Positions 1 through 9,221 of a stretch of 64,000 bases of DNA are shown here, one piece after another; within the stretch, counting starts at the first letter, position 1; each line of letters begins with the position of its first letter. This DNA comes from Thermoprotei archaeon (lineage in GTDB: Archaea; Thermoproteota; Thermoprotei; Thermoproteales; B15-G16): assembly GCA_003649205.1 (NCBI GenBank), contig QMRC01000001.1:285081-349080 (forward strand), given 5' to 3'. The position numbers and the translations under genes are program-made. The notes below the pieces were generated by a model. It ran no database searches and was not told the origin of the DNA. It was given only the letters and a program-made list of their open reading frames with translations.

Positions 1-1
1 T

Positions 2-151
2 GCGGATTTCATCCTATTCGGTCCAGTAAGTGATGCTGAATTCATAGTTCCTGCAATAGCAGTGATAAATGCAGCCTACGGACAGGTCCTCATGGAGGAG
101 GGAAGGCGTCCAAGACCAGATCACCCTAGGTTCAAGATATCCCGTCTATAA
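2..151 (+). CDS. C-terminal fragment of an unidentified protein (5' end outside window)
   Basis: Frame open from window edge to TAA at 149-151 (...AIAVINAAYGQVLMEEGRRPRPDHPRFKISRL*); no motif recognised. Confidence 0.3.
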   Translation, partial: ADFILFGPVSDAEFIVPAIAVINAAYGQVLMEEGRRPRPDHPRFKISRL

Positions 152-637
152 GCAATCTACAACCTTCTTCACTAATCTACATTGGGGAGGTTAGTGAGGT
201 ACCAATAGCGACTCACTAGAGCACTGATGGTAGCAAATAACTTCACTCACAGTGAATTTCTCCTCTCTACGTTGAAGTACTACTTACCTTTCTGAGCAAT
301 AGCAGTGAGTATATAATCTAGAGTGCTCCTACTTTCCTAAGTAGTGAAGTAGAGGTACTTAGCTGAGGGTAGGGGTATTAGGAATTGAATCTCCATGGCT
401 CTAGTAATTACTTAACCTATTGGGTAGTAGTGATGTGTTTTATGTAGAGGTAATGAAGGTTGGGTACAGAACCCACGTAGCGATTACGGATAGTAACTAT
501 GTAGACCTACAAATTTCACTACTGCTGAAGCACTAGTAGTGTATAGCTTTAGTTTTTCAAAGAGGTACCTAGAGGGTACTCAATAGGAGATTAATATATT
601 TTCGTTACTTTTCTGATCACATTCGGTGAGGAGTTAT

Positions 638-1285
638 ATGTCATTATCTGAGGAGATGGTTAGAGCTATTGTCGAGTTAGATGAGTCTAGAGCTATTGAG
701 ATTGCTAAGAAGAGACTTGAAGCTGGTGAAGATCCGCTCAAGATCCTCGATGATCTTAGGAGAGCTGCTGAAATAATTGGTGAGAAGTATGAGAGAGGTG
801 AGTACTTCGTCTCTGACCTCGTTATGGCTGGTGAGATCTTGAAGGGTATATCGGAGATTGTTAGACCTAAGCTTAAGGAACTTGGAGTATCTAGGAAGGT
901 TGTTGGAAAGCTCGTTATTGGTACTGTTGAAGGTGATATACACGATATTGGTAAGAACATCGTTGTGACAATGGCAGAAGCAGCAGGCTTCGAGGTTATT
1001 GACCTTGGTGTGGATGTACCACCACAGAGGTTTGTTGAGGCAATTAAACAGCATAATCCAGATATAGTTGGGATGTCAGGACTACTAACATTAGCAATAG
1101 ATTCCATGAAGAGAACTGTAGATGCGATAAAAGAGGCAGGGTTGAGGGATAAGGTAAAGATCATCATTGGTGGTGGTAGAGTAGATCAACACGCATGTGA
1201 GTACGTGGGAGCAGATGCCTGGACCAATGATGCATCGCAAGGAATAAGGATCATGCTTAAGTGGATGGAGGAGAAGAAGAGGTGA
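638..1285 (+). CDS. Corrinoid (B12-binding) methyl-carrier protein, MtaC/MtbC/MtoC-like
   Basis: DxHxxG cobalamin-ligand signature (GDIHDIGKN), downstream MSGLLT and IIIGGG motifs, N-terminal helical cap. ORF track starts at GTG 626, but ATG 638 follows GGTGAGGAG and is the likelier start. Confidence 0.9.
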   Translation: MSLSEEMVRAIVELDESRAIEIAKKRLEAGEDPLKILDDLRRAAEIIGEKYERGEYFVSDLVMAGEILKGISEIVRPKLKELGVSRKVVGKLVIGTVEGDIHDIGKNIVVTMAEAAGFEVIDLGVDVPPQRFVEAIKQHNPDIVGMSGLLTLAIDSMKRTVDAIKEAGLRDKVKIIIGGGRVDQHACEYVGADAWTNDASQGIRIMLKWMEEKKR

Positions 1286-1289
1286 TTGC

Positions 1290-2567
1290 ATGAGTAGGCA
1301 ACCTATAGATGAGTGGATAGAAAGACATGAGAAGGAACCGGATGTAGTAGCTAAGGAGAAATTAGAGAGATTGCTGAGAGTACTGGAGCTGAAGACCCCA
1401 GATAGAGTACCCATTAATGGCGTCATGGGTGATTTCCAGTGTAAGTACACTGGAGTAACATGGTACGAACTTTCATACGATCTAGATAAAGCAAGAGCTT
1501 CTACCTTAAAAATGCTGCACGACTTTCCAAGTGACTTCGCGATAACTTTCGTTCCAATGATGCTGGAGGGGTTCATACTAGCACTAGCCTTTGCTGACTA
1601 TCCCGACTTCTCAAACACAATAAGATTCCTAACAGGCTTCTATCACGATATATTGAGAGACCAATGGACTAAGTGGCCCGGTAGAGAACTTAGGAAAGAT
1701 CAGCACCCTCAATTCCCTGGAGGAAACTTCATGAAACCTGAGGAGTACAAGCACCTCATCGAGAACCCAATAGAGTTCATACACAACACCATACTGCCAA
1801 GAGCTTGCCCAGGTCTTGGAAAGCCTGGCTCCTCTCAATGGAATGGTGCTCTGATAAGGCTTGGAATGGCTATACAGAGAATAGTATCATTCCAGAGTTC
1901 CTTCTTTGCAGAAATCATGAAGCGCGGTTACGCTGCCTTACCAATGACTAATGCATACACACCCGCAGATATCATTGGTGACTTCCTCAGAATGCCAACG
2001 GGAGCTATGCTAGATATGAGGAGGTATCCAGACTTATTCAAGGCTGCATGTGAAGCTCTGGTAGAGCATGTAATTAAGGTAGCTACAGCAATACCGCCAA
2101 GTCCACCAGCAACCTTGTTCTTCATACCCCTACATCTAAACGAAATGCTATCACCAAAACTCTACAATGAGTTCTACTGGCCATACCTCAAGAAGATTAT
2201 AGAGACATTGGTATCTAAAGGTTATAAGGGCTTCATATTCTTTGAGGGTGATCATACACCACATCTAGATACTATTCTAGAGCTTCCAAAAGGATGGGGC
2301 ATAGCATGGTTTGAAAGACCTAGAGACTTCATGAAGGTTTGGGAGAAGCTTAAAGGACATACGACAGTCATGGGAGGAGTACCGACAAACCTACTTGTAG
2401 CAGGAACGCCAGAGAAGATTGAAGAGCATATCAAGAATCTGCTAAACCAGGTAAAGCCTGAAGGAGGATTCATAATATCGTTAGGCAATGCAGAGCTACC
2501 TGCAGGAACACCTGTTGAAAACGTTAGAGCTTACATAAACGCAGTACTGAAGTACGGTGTGTACTAG
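1290..2567 (+). CDS. URO-D/MtaA-superfamily corrinoid methyltransferase, paralog 1
   Basis: Family pattern ...LKTPDRVP..., RWPGRE, FIPLHLNEMLSPK, FFEGDHTPHLD, GG.P..LL..GTPEKIEEH...GGFI...G..LP.GTPVENV.A. Starts 4 nt after the corrinoid protein stop. Confidence 0.8.
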   Translation: MSRQPIDEWIERHEKEPDVVAKEKLERLLRVLELKTPDRVPINGVMGDFQCKYTGVTWYELSYDLDKARASTLKMLHDFPSDFAITFVPMMLEGFILALAFADYPDFSNTIRFLTGFYHDILRDQWTKWPGRELRKDQHPQFPGGNFMKPEEYKHLIENPIEFIHNTILPRACPGLGKPGSSQWNGALIRLGMAIQRIVSFQSSFFAEIMKRGYAALPMTNAYTPADIIGDFLRMPTGAMLDMRRYPDLFKAACEALVEHVIKVATAIPPSPPATLFFIPLHLNEMLSPKLYNEFYWPYLKKIIETLVSKGYKGFIFFEGDHTPHLDTILELPKGWGIAWFERPRDFMKVWEKLKGHTTVMGGVPTNLLVAGTPEKIEEHIKNLLNQVKPEGGFIISLGNAELPAGTPVENVRAYINAVLKYGVY

Positions 2568-2602
2568 ACGTAAATACTACCAATAATAAGACTCTTTACA
2601 TA

Positions 2603-3832
2603 GTGAAAAATGAAACTTTTTTCAACTATTTTAACAAAAAGTGTAACACAGAAGTGTGGTCCCAAATGAGTCAAACGCAACAAGCTGGAATTCTATCAGT
2701 GATTTTGTTGGTACTATCATCATTCCTAGCGGGTGTTGGTTTTGGTATCTATGCGCCATTGATACCCATACAAGCAACAGAGTTAGGTGCACCTGAAGCT
2801 ATTGCCACGGCAACAGTCCTAGCATTACCGTCGATTCTCGCAGTACTAGTGATGCTTCCTATGGGTATACTTGCTGATAAAACTGGTAGGAGAAAGGAAA
2901 TAGTTATGATTGGACTCCTACTTGGAGCTGTATTTAATGCATTGCTAGGCATAGCTACAAGCTGGGTTGAGCTAGCTATCTATAGGGCTTTTACGGGCAT
3001 AACCTTTGCATTGATATCGATATTTCTGTCAATAGCAGTTCTCATAGCTCCTGAGAGACTACGAGGAACTGTTATAGCTATTATGGGTGGAACTATGATG
3101 CTTGGAATGGGGATTTCACAGATGTTTGCTGGAGCTGTGTTCACAGCTCTTGGAAGAAGCTACCGAGCTCTGTATTTCCTTGCAGCTGCAGTAGCTCTTG
3201 CCGCAGCAATAATACTACTACCTGTTAAAGTTCCTAGGGTTCAGCTTCCAGCTATGAAGGGTTCCGATATCCTTGAGGCTTTAAAAGCGAGAGGTGTTTA
3301 CTGGGCTGGCATGGCTATACTTGTCTACCTAGTTGGATGGAATCTCATGTACCCATCTCTACCGATAGTTTTAACCTACATCTATAAAGCACCTCCAGAG
3401 ATTTCTAGCTTAGCTCTTGGCGTTGCATCTCTCATGCTGGGCTTAGGTACGTACATTTGGGGGCCTATTATCGATAAATTAGGTGGTAGAAGGACGTTGA
3501 TACTTGCCATACTCGCATCAGCTATAACAACGTTCGTAATGTATCCTGCTCTAGGCAACATGTGGGCATACATAGTACTATTTTGGATAGTGACATTCTT
3601 CGGTGTAGTAGGTGCTCCGGGTACGAGCTATGTGGCATCAAGAAGTGTTAAACCGGAGTTGATCTCAATTGCGCTTTCGACTATCTGGATATTCACGTCA
3701 TTAGCTGGAATAATAGGTGGGTTTGTAGCAGGTGCTTCAATAGCATCGCTAGGGCTTGCAACAACAATACTCATAGCAGCCGCTATAGAACTTGTAGGGG
3801 GTATACTGATGTTTGGATTACCTAAGGTATAA
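2603..3832 (+). CDS. MFS transporter
   Basis: About 12 predicted TM segments and the loop motif GILADKTGRRK between TM2 and TM3. Real start may be the internal MSQTQQ. Confidence 0.85.
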   Translation: MKNETFFNYFNKKCNTEVWSQMSQTQQAGILSVILLVLSSFLAGVGFGIYAPLIPIQATELGAPEAIATATVLALPSILAVLVMLPMGILADKTGRRKEIVMIGLLLGAVFNALLGIATSWVELAIYRAFTGITFALISIFLSIAVLIAPERLRGTVIAIMGGTMMLGMGISQMFAGAVFTALGRSYRALYFLAAAVALAAAIILLPVKVPRVQLPAMKGSDILEALKARGVYWAGMAILVYLVGWNLMYPSLPIVLTYIYKAPPEISSLALGVASLMLGLGTYIWGPIIDKLGGRRTLILAILASAITTFVMYPALGNMWAYIVLFWIVTFFGVVGAPGTSYVASRSVKPELISIALSTIWIFTSLAGIIGGFVAGASIASLGLATTILIAAAIELVGGILMFGLPKV

Positions 3833-3867
3833 GAAATACTTCGTATTAGTGAAAAGAAGGTGAATAT

Positions 3868-5133
3868 ATGAGTAAACAACCTATAGAGGAGTGGATGGAA
3901 AGGCATAGAAAAGAACCAGACATAGTAGTAAAGGAGAAAGCTGAGAGATTTCTAAAAGCTGTAGAGCTTAAGGAACCTGATAGAGTACCGTTAATGTTCT
4001 TTACATGTGGTCACGTATTTGCAAAGTGGTTTAAACTTTCAGAAGTATACTTCAACTACAGCAAGATGAGAGATGCTATCGTAAAGTTTGTCACTACCTT
4101 CCCTTCAGACATATTTATCGCTGCTCCTGCAGCTGAAGGCTTTGTATTGGCTGTAGCTTTTGCCGATGTTCCGCAGATAGCTCCTGTTGTTAGATTTATA
4201 ACAGGACCTATGCACGATATTTTAAAGGACAAGTGGACTAGGTGGCCTGGTAGGGAGTTAGCGGAACATCTACCGTTTCAATTTATTGGAGGAGAGTACA
4301 TGAAGCCTGAAGAGTACAAATACCTTATTGAAAATCCAGTAGAGTTCATACACAACACAATTCTACCGAGAGCTTGTGAAAATCTCTCAAAACCTGGCTC
4401 AGCACAACATGCACATACGATAGCTAAGTTAGCACTTGAAGCCATTAACTACCTAAATGCTTTAACGGAAATAAATAATACCTTACTGAAACTAGGATTC
4501 CCACCACTAGCAATAACGTTTGCATATGCACCTCTAGACTTCATAGGAGATTTTCTTAGACATCCTACAGGAGCTATGTTAGACATTAGGAGACGTCCAG
4601 ATGAGGTTAAGCAAGCTACGGAAGCTCTCATTAAGCCAATATTGCAAGTAGCGTTTATACTTAAACCTACAGGAGCTAAGTTCGCATTCATACCGTTACA
4701 CCTTAACTCAATGCTCTCTCCAAAGCTATATGATGAGTTCTATTGGCCATACCTAAAGAGAGTTATAACAGAACTCTATAGCAATGGTATAAAGTCATTT
4801 GTGTTATTTGAGGGTGATCATACACCGCATCTAGATACGATCCTAGAACTTCCAAAGGGCTGGGGCATAGGGGTATTTGAGCGTGGTGATATAAGGAAAA
4901 TCAAGGAGAAGCTGGAGGGTCACACATGTGTTGCTGGAGGTATATTACCAGGACAGTTAATAGGTTGGAGTCCTGAGAAGATAGAGGAGTACGTTAGAGA
5001 GCTTATAAAGGATCTTGCTCCTGGAGGAGGCTTCATACTAGCTCCAGGGATAGCGGAAATAGACCCAGCAATACCAGACGCGAACCTTAGAGCTCTAATA
5101 AATGCTGTTCTCAAGTACGGTGCACGTAAGTAG
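3868..5133 (+). CDS. URO-D/MtaA-superfamily corrinoid methyltransferase, paralog 2
   Basis: Collinear with the 1290-2567 product and clearly the closest of the three paralogs (SKQPIEEWMERHRKEPD..., RWPGRELAE, FIPLHLNSMLSPKLYDEFYWPYLK, LFEGDHTPHLDTILELPKGWG). Confidence 0.8.
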   Translation: MSKQPIEEWMERHRKEPDIVVKEKAERFLKAVELKEPDRVPLMFFTCGHVFAKWFKLSEVYFNYSKMRDAIVKFVTTFPSDIFIAAPAAEGFVLAVAFADVPQIAPVVRFITGPMHDILKDKWTRWPGRELAEHLPFQFIGGEYMKPEEYKYLIENPVEFIHNTILPRACENLSKPGSAQHAHTIAKLALEAINYLNALTEINNTLLKLGFPPLAITFAYAPLDFIGDFLRHPTGAMLDIRRRPDEVKQATEALIKPILQVAFILKPTGAKFAFIPLHLNSMLSPKLYDEFYWPYLKRVITELYSNGIKSFVLFEGDHTPHLDTILELPKGWGIGVFERGDIRKIKEKLEGHTCVAGGILPGQLIGWSPEKIEEYVRELIKDLAPGGGFILAPGIAEIDPAIPDANLRALINAVLKYGARK

Positions 5134-5147
5134 GTTGGGGTGTTAAG

Positions 5148-6425
5148 TTGATGACTGTAGATGTCTCAGCTAAGTTGAGGGAGAGAAAGGAGAGAATTGA
5201 GAGAGTTCTCACGGGTAAGGTGCCTGATCGTGTCCCATTTATACCTTCCTTCCACTTTTTCCCTGCTAGGTACATTGGTGTGAGTTACGCTGATTACTCG
5301 TCAGATTACAGGTTGTTTGTAAAGGCTGTGTTTGCTGTCTATAGGGATTTCGACTTTGATCTAGCTGGTTTAGCTCTTCCTGGAGCAGGCATGACTCTAC
5401 CGCTAAACTTTATCTTCATTGAGAGGTACCCAGATCTAGCAACAACAACATTCGCAATTGCGAGACCCTTCCACGATATTCTGAGAGATAAATACACTAG
5501 GTGGCCTGGTAGGGAACTTCCACCTAATGTTTCTGCTCAATTTATTGGGGGTAAGTTTATGGAAGCTGAAGAGTATGATGAGCTTGCTGAGAATCCTATA
5601 GAGTTCATTTCTAGGAAAATTATTCCTCGAGTTTACGAGGCTCTTAGAGACCCTACATCACCTGAAGCTTACGGAGCATTAGTTAGGTTTGGGATGGAGG
5701 TTGTGAAGTTCAGTGGTGCGCTCATGGAGTTAATGACCAAGTTGAGGGAAGAATTGGGATACCCCACAATTCCTCTGGGTATGGGATATGCACCGTTAGA
5801 CTTCATAGCTGATCACCTTAGGCACGTAACTTACACACTTACCGATCTCTATAGGTATCCTGATAAGGTTAAGAGAGCTTTAGACGCTTTAACACCTCTA
5901 ATTATAAAGTGGAGTAAGGCAAGCGTTTCACTACCGCCAAGCGTTCTTGAGGCATTTGATATAAAGATTCCACTTGTATTCATACCACTTCACTTAAATG
6001 AGATGGTTTCACCGAAATTCTTTAGGGAGTTCTACTGGGAACCTTTAAAGAGAGTTATTATAGAGCTTGTGAATGCTGGTGCGATTCCATGGATTTTCTT
6101 TGAGGGGAACTTCACACCATTTCTAGAGTATATCCTAGAGCTACCAAAAGGAAAAATAATAGCCTACTTCGAGCGTACGGATCTTAGGAAGGCTAGAGAG
6201 GTTTTGGGAGATCACGTTATAATCATGGGTGGTATATCACCGGCACTCTGCATCTATGGAACTCCAGAAAAGGTGTTTGAAGAGGCTTGTAAGCTCTTGA
6301 GCGATGTTAAAGAGCCTGGGGGATTCATATTTGCTGGTAGTCGTGTAGCTGGGATACCTGATGAAACAAAGCCAGAAAATCTGAGGGCTCTCATAGAAGC
6401 GGTAAGGAAGTGTGGGAGGTACTGA
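5148..6425 (+). CDS. URO-D/MtaA-superfamily corrinoid methyltransferase, divergent paralog 3
   Basis: Same blocks in diverged form (VPDRVPF, RWPGRELP, FIPLHLNEMVSPKFFREFYW, FFEGNFTPFLEYILELPKG, GTPEKVFEEA...GGFIF). Confidence 0.75.
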   Translation: MMTVDVSAKLRERKERIERVLTGKVPDRVPFIPSFHFFPARYIGVSYADYSSDYRLFVKAVFAVYRDFDFDLAGLALPGAGMTLPLNFIFIERYPDLATTTFAIARPFHDILRDKYTRWPGRELPPNVSAQFIGGKFMEAEEYDELAENPIEFISRKIIPRVYEALRDPTSPEAYGALVRFGMEVVKFSGALMELMTKLREELGYPTIPLGMGYAPLDFIADHLRHVTYTLTDLYRYPDKVKRALDALTPLIIKWSKASVSLPPSVLEAFDIKIPLVFIPLHLNEMVSPKFFREFYWEPLKRVIIELVNAGAIPWIFFEGNFTPFLEYILELPKGKIIAYFERTDLRKAREVLGDHVIIMGGISPALCIYGTPEKVFEEACKLLSDVKEPGGFIFAGSRVAGIPDETKPENLRALIEAVRKCGRY

Positions 6426-6668
6426 AGCTATCACGATACGAGGGGTGTTATCTAGCTGGGAAAGTATTACGGTTATGGTGGGGAGTATTCCATTTCTACT
6501 GTGAGAAGACAGGTACTTGAGGGAGGGGAGGGAGGAGATTTCTCATCGATACATTTACCATGGGTGTCTCTAGTCTTCAAGTAGCTGTGAATTTCCTTGC
6601 TGTGTCTAACAAACAGAGTTTTCAAATACTTTGTGGAGACTAATGACCTTATGGATGCTTGAGGTGAA

Positions 6669-8477
6669 ATGATGAGCGTCGTGGTAGTGTTTGAGCCTAT
6701 GGGGAGGAGGGTTAGGGCTTCTCCTGGTACTATTCTTGAGATTGCTAGGGAGGGTAATGTTCCTTTGCGGTCGGATTGTGGTGGGAGGGGGGTTTGTGGT
6801 AAGTGTAGGGTGGTTATTGTTGATGTGAAGGGGGAGATTAGTGAGGTAAGTGAGGTTGAGAAGAGGCATCTAACGCAGGAGGAGTTAGCTAGGGGTTATA
6901 GGCTTGCTTGTCAGGTGAAGGTGCTTAGTGGGTGTGTAGTGGTTTTTGTGCCTCCTGAGAGTAGGGTTGGTGTTAGGAAGGTTGTTGAGGGTGTGGTGGA
7001 GAGGAGGGTTGAGTTGAGACCGGCTGTGAGGAAAGTGCATCTTAAGTTGCCGGAGCCAAGTCTTGAGGATAATAGGCCTGATTTTGAGAGGTTGAGGGAT
7101 TTTCTAGGTGATGTTGAGATTCCTCTAGACTTACTGAGGAGGCTTCCGATTTTGCTTAGGGAGGCGAAGTGGGATGTTACTGTAGTTCTGTGGGGTAACA
7201 AGTTGATTGGTATTGAGAAGGGGGATACGAGTAATAGGGTCTTTGGTTTAGCGATAGATATTGGTTCTTCGAAGATAGTTTGCCATCTTGTTGATCTTGT
7301 TAGTGGGGAGACTGTAGCTAGGGGCTACATCGAGAATCCGCAGGTGGTGTATGGGGAGGACGTTGTTTCTCGTATAACCTACGCATCGAGGAGTGAGGAG
7401 AATTTGAGGAGGTTGCAGAGGATTGTTGTTGATGCTATAAATGAGGTAATTGATAGGCTATGTAAGGAGGCTGGTGTGAGGTTTGATGAGATTTATGAGG
7501 CTGTAGTGGTTGGGAACTCTGTGATGCATCATCTCTTCTTTGGTATTTATCCGAAGTTCATAGGTGTCTCTCCCTTTACACCAGCTGTTAGGAAGGGGAT
7601 AAGTTACCCGGCTAAGGAAGTGGGGCTTAGGATGAATAGTGAGGGGTACGTTACTTCACTACCGCTCATAGCTGGTTTCGTTGGTGCTGATGCTACGGCG
7701 AATCTCATAGTGACGAAGATTCACGAGAGGGATGAGGTAAGTATGGTGATAGACATAGGGACTAATACGGAGATTCTCCTTGGTAATAGAGATAGATTGC
7801 TCGTGTGCTCAGCGCCTTCTGGACCGGCTTTTGAAGGGGCGCACATAAGTCATGGTATGAAGGCTGTTAGTGGGGCGATTGAGAGGGTGAAGATTGTGGG
7901 GGATGAGGTTATCTACGAGACTATTGACAATGTTAAGCCAAGAGGGATATGTGGTAGTGGGATGATAGATCTAGTAGCTGAACTCTATAGAGCGGGGTTG
8001 ATAAATAGGTATGGGAAGTTCATTGGGGAGTCTAAGAGGATAGTTAAGGATCGTATTCCGAGGTTTGTTGTTGCTTGGGCAGATGAGACTGAGACAGGGA
8101 AGGAGATTACGGTTACGGAAAGGGATATAAATGAACTTCTACTAGCGAAGGCAGCAATAAGGGCAGGTTGGATGATTTTAATGGAGAAGCTCGGGATTAA
8201 GGAGAATGAGATTTCGAGGATTTACCTAGCTGGTTCCTTTGGGAGACACGTAGATGTTGAGAATGCGAAGCTCATAGGATTACTTCCAAAGGTTCCAAAC
8301 GATAGGGTGGTCTTTGTTGGGGATATAGCTGTTATTGGTGCAGAGATGGCACTTAAATCTGTTGAGGAGAGGAGGAATATTGAGAAGGTAGTTAACTCCA
8401 TTGAGTACATTGAGCTATCTGCAGACAAGAACTTTTACCAAACTTTCATAAAAGCAATTCCAATAGAGGGGGAGTAG
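6669..8477 (+). CDS. RACo-type reductive activator of corrinoid proteins (2Fe-2S ferredoxin domain + ASKHA ATPase, DUF4445)
   Basis: N-terminal plant-type ferredoxin Cys cluster (SDCGGRGVCGKCRV...LACQ). ASKHA phosphate motifs AIDIGSSKIV and DIGTNTEI, plus GICGSGMIDL. Confidence 0.85.
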   Translation: MMSVVVVFEPMGRRVRASPGTILEIAREGNVPLRSDCGGRGVCGKCRVVIVDVKGEISEVSEVEKRHLTQEELARGYRLACQVKVLSGCVVVFVPPESRVGVRKVVEGVVERRVELRPAVRKVHLKLPEPSLEDNRPDFERLRDFLGDVEIPLDLLRRLPILLREAKWDVTVVLWGNKLIGIEKGDTSNRVFGLAIDIGSSKIVCHLVDLVSGETVARGYIENPQVVYGEDVVSRITYASRSEENLRRLQRIVVDAINEVIDRLCKEAGVRFDEIYEAVVVGNSVMHHLFFGIYPKFIGVSPFTPAVRKGISYPAKEVGLRMNSEGYVTSLPLIAGFVGADATANLIVTKIHERDEVSMVIDIGTNTEILLGNRDRLLVCSAPSGPAFEGAHISHGMKAVSGAIERVKIVGDEVIYETIDNVKPRGICGSGMIDLVAELYRAGLINRYGKFIGESKRIVKDRIPRFVVAWADETETGKEITVTERDINELLLAKAAIRAGWMILMEKLGIKENEISRIYLAGSFGRHVDVENAKLIGLLPKVPNDRVVFVGDIAVIGAEMALKSVEERRNIEKVVNSIEYIELSADKNFYQTFIKAIPIEGE

Positions 8478-8590
8478 GGAAGGAAATGAAGAGATCGAGA
8501 TATTTTGAAGTCATCCAAGGAGAATTGCCATAGCTGTACTTGTTATTGCTTATCCAACGGTTGAGCAGATGAGGAGCTACAAATTCCCTT

Positions 8591-9109
8591 ATGTGGTGGT
8601 TTGTGGTGAGGCTTGAGGTAGGGCCTGGTTATACAAGGAGAGGTAGAGGCTATAGGTTTAATCCTCATTACGAACCAGGTTACGATGTAGTGTACCTCGA
8701 TGTCAACCAACCAGATTTTAAACTTAGTAGAAGTACATGGGTGGTTGCTGATGCTCAAAACCTACCATTTAGGAGTAGCTCAATAGATGAGGTGTTTTCA
8801 GCTCATGTCATTGAGCATTTAGAGAAACCGATGAAATTCCTAGAAGAGTGTAGAAGAGTTCTGAAGAGGGGAGGTGTAGTCACGATTGAAACTCCAAACT
8901 TCTTGTCTAAGTACGCCTATCTCGATCCAGATCACAAGCATGTGTTCAACATTGTGAAACTCTGGGTGTCGGTTAGGAAGGCTGGTCTGAGACCTCGCTT
9001 CCCGCCTCTGAACATAGGTTCTCTTATTCCTCAAAAATTAAGACTTCTTATCAGGTTAGTCCTACTACTTCTCTCGGATAACCTTACCATTAGGGGCGTG
9101 AAGGAGTAA
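8591..9109 (+). CDS. Class I SAM-dependent methyltransferase (Methyltransf_11-like)
   Basis: VADAQNLPF....IDEVFSAHVIEHLEKPMKFLEECRRVLKRGGVVTIETPN. Motif I is degenerate (LEVGPG). Confidence 0.55.
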   Translation: MWWFVVRLEVGPGYTRRGRGYRFNPHYEPGYDVVYLDVNQPDFKLSRSTWVVADAQNLPFRSSSIDEVFSAHVIEHLEKPMKFLEECRRVLKRGGVVTIETPNFLSKYAYLDPDHKHVFNIVKLWVSVRKAGLRPRFPPLNIGSLIPQKLRLLIRLVLLLLSDNLTIRGVKE

Positions 9110-9221
9110 GGACCCTGAAGATGGAGTTGAAGGTGTTTGTAAGTGTTTAGTTCTCTGATCCTTTCATATTGTGAACATCTTAGCGTCTAGTGTGGGGCTA
9201 CTCTTCGGCATCCTTGAAGTG

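Noticed and set aside
152-625. Cobalamin riboswitch upstream of the corrinoid operon.
   Set aside because: I could not find the conserved B12-box, and such riboswitches are not established in archaea.
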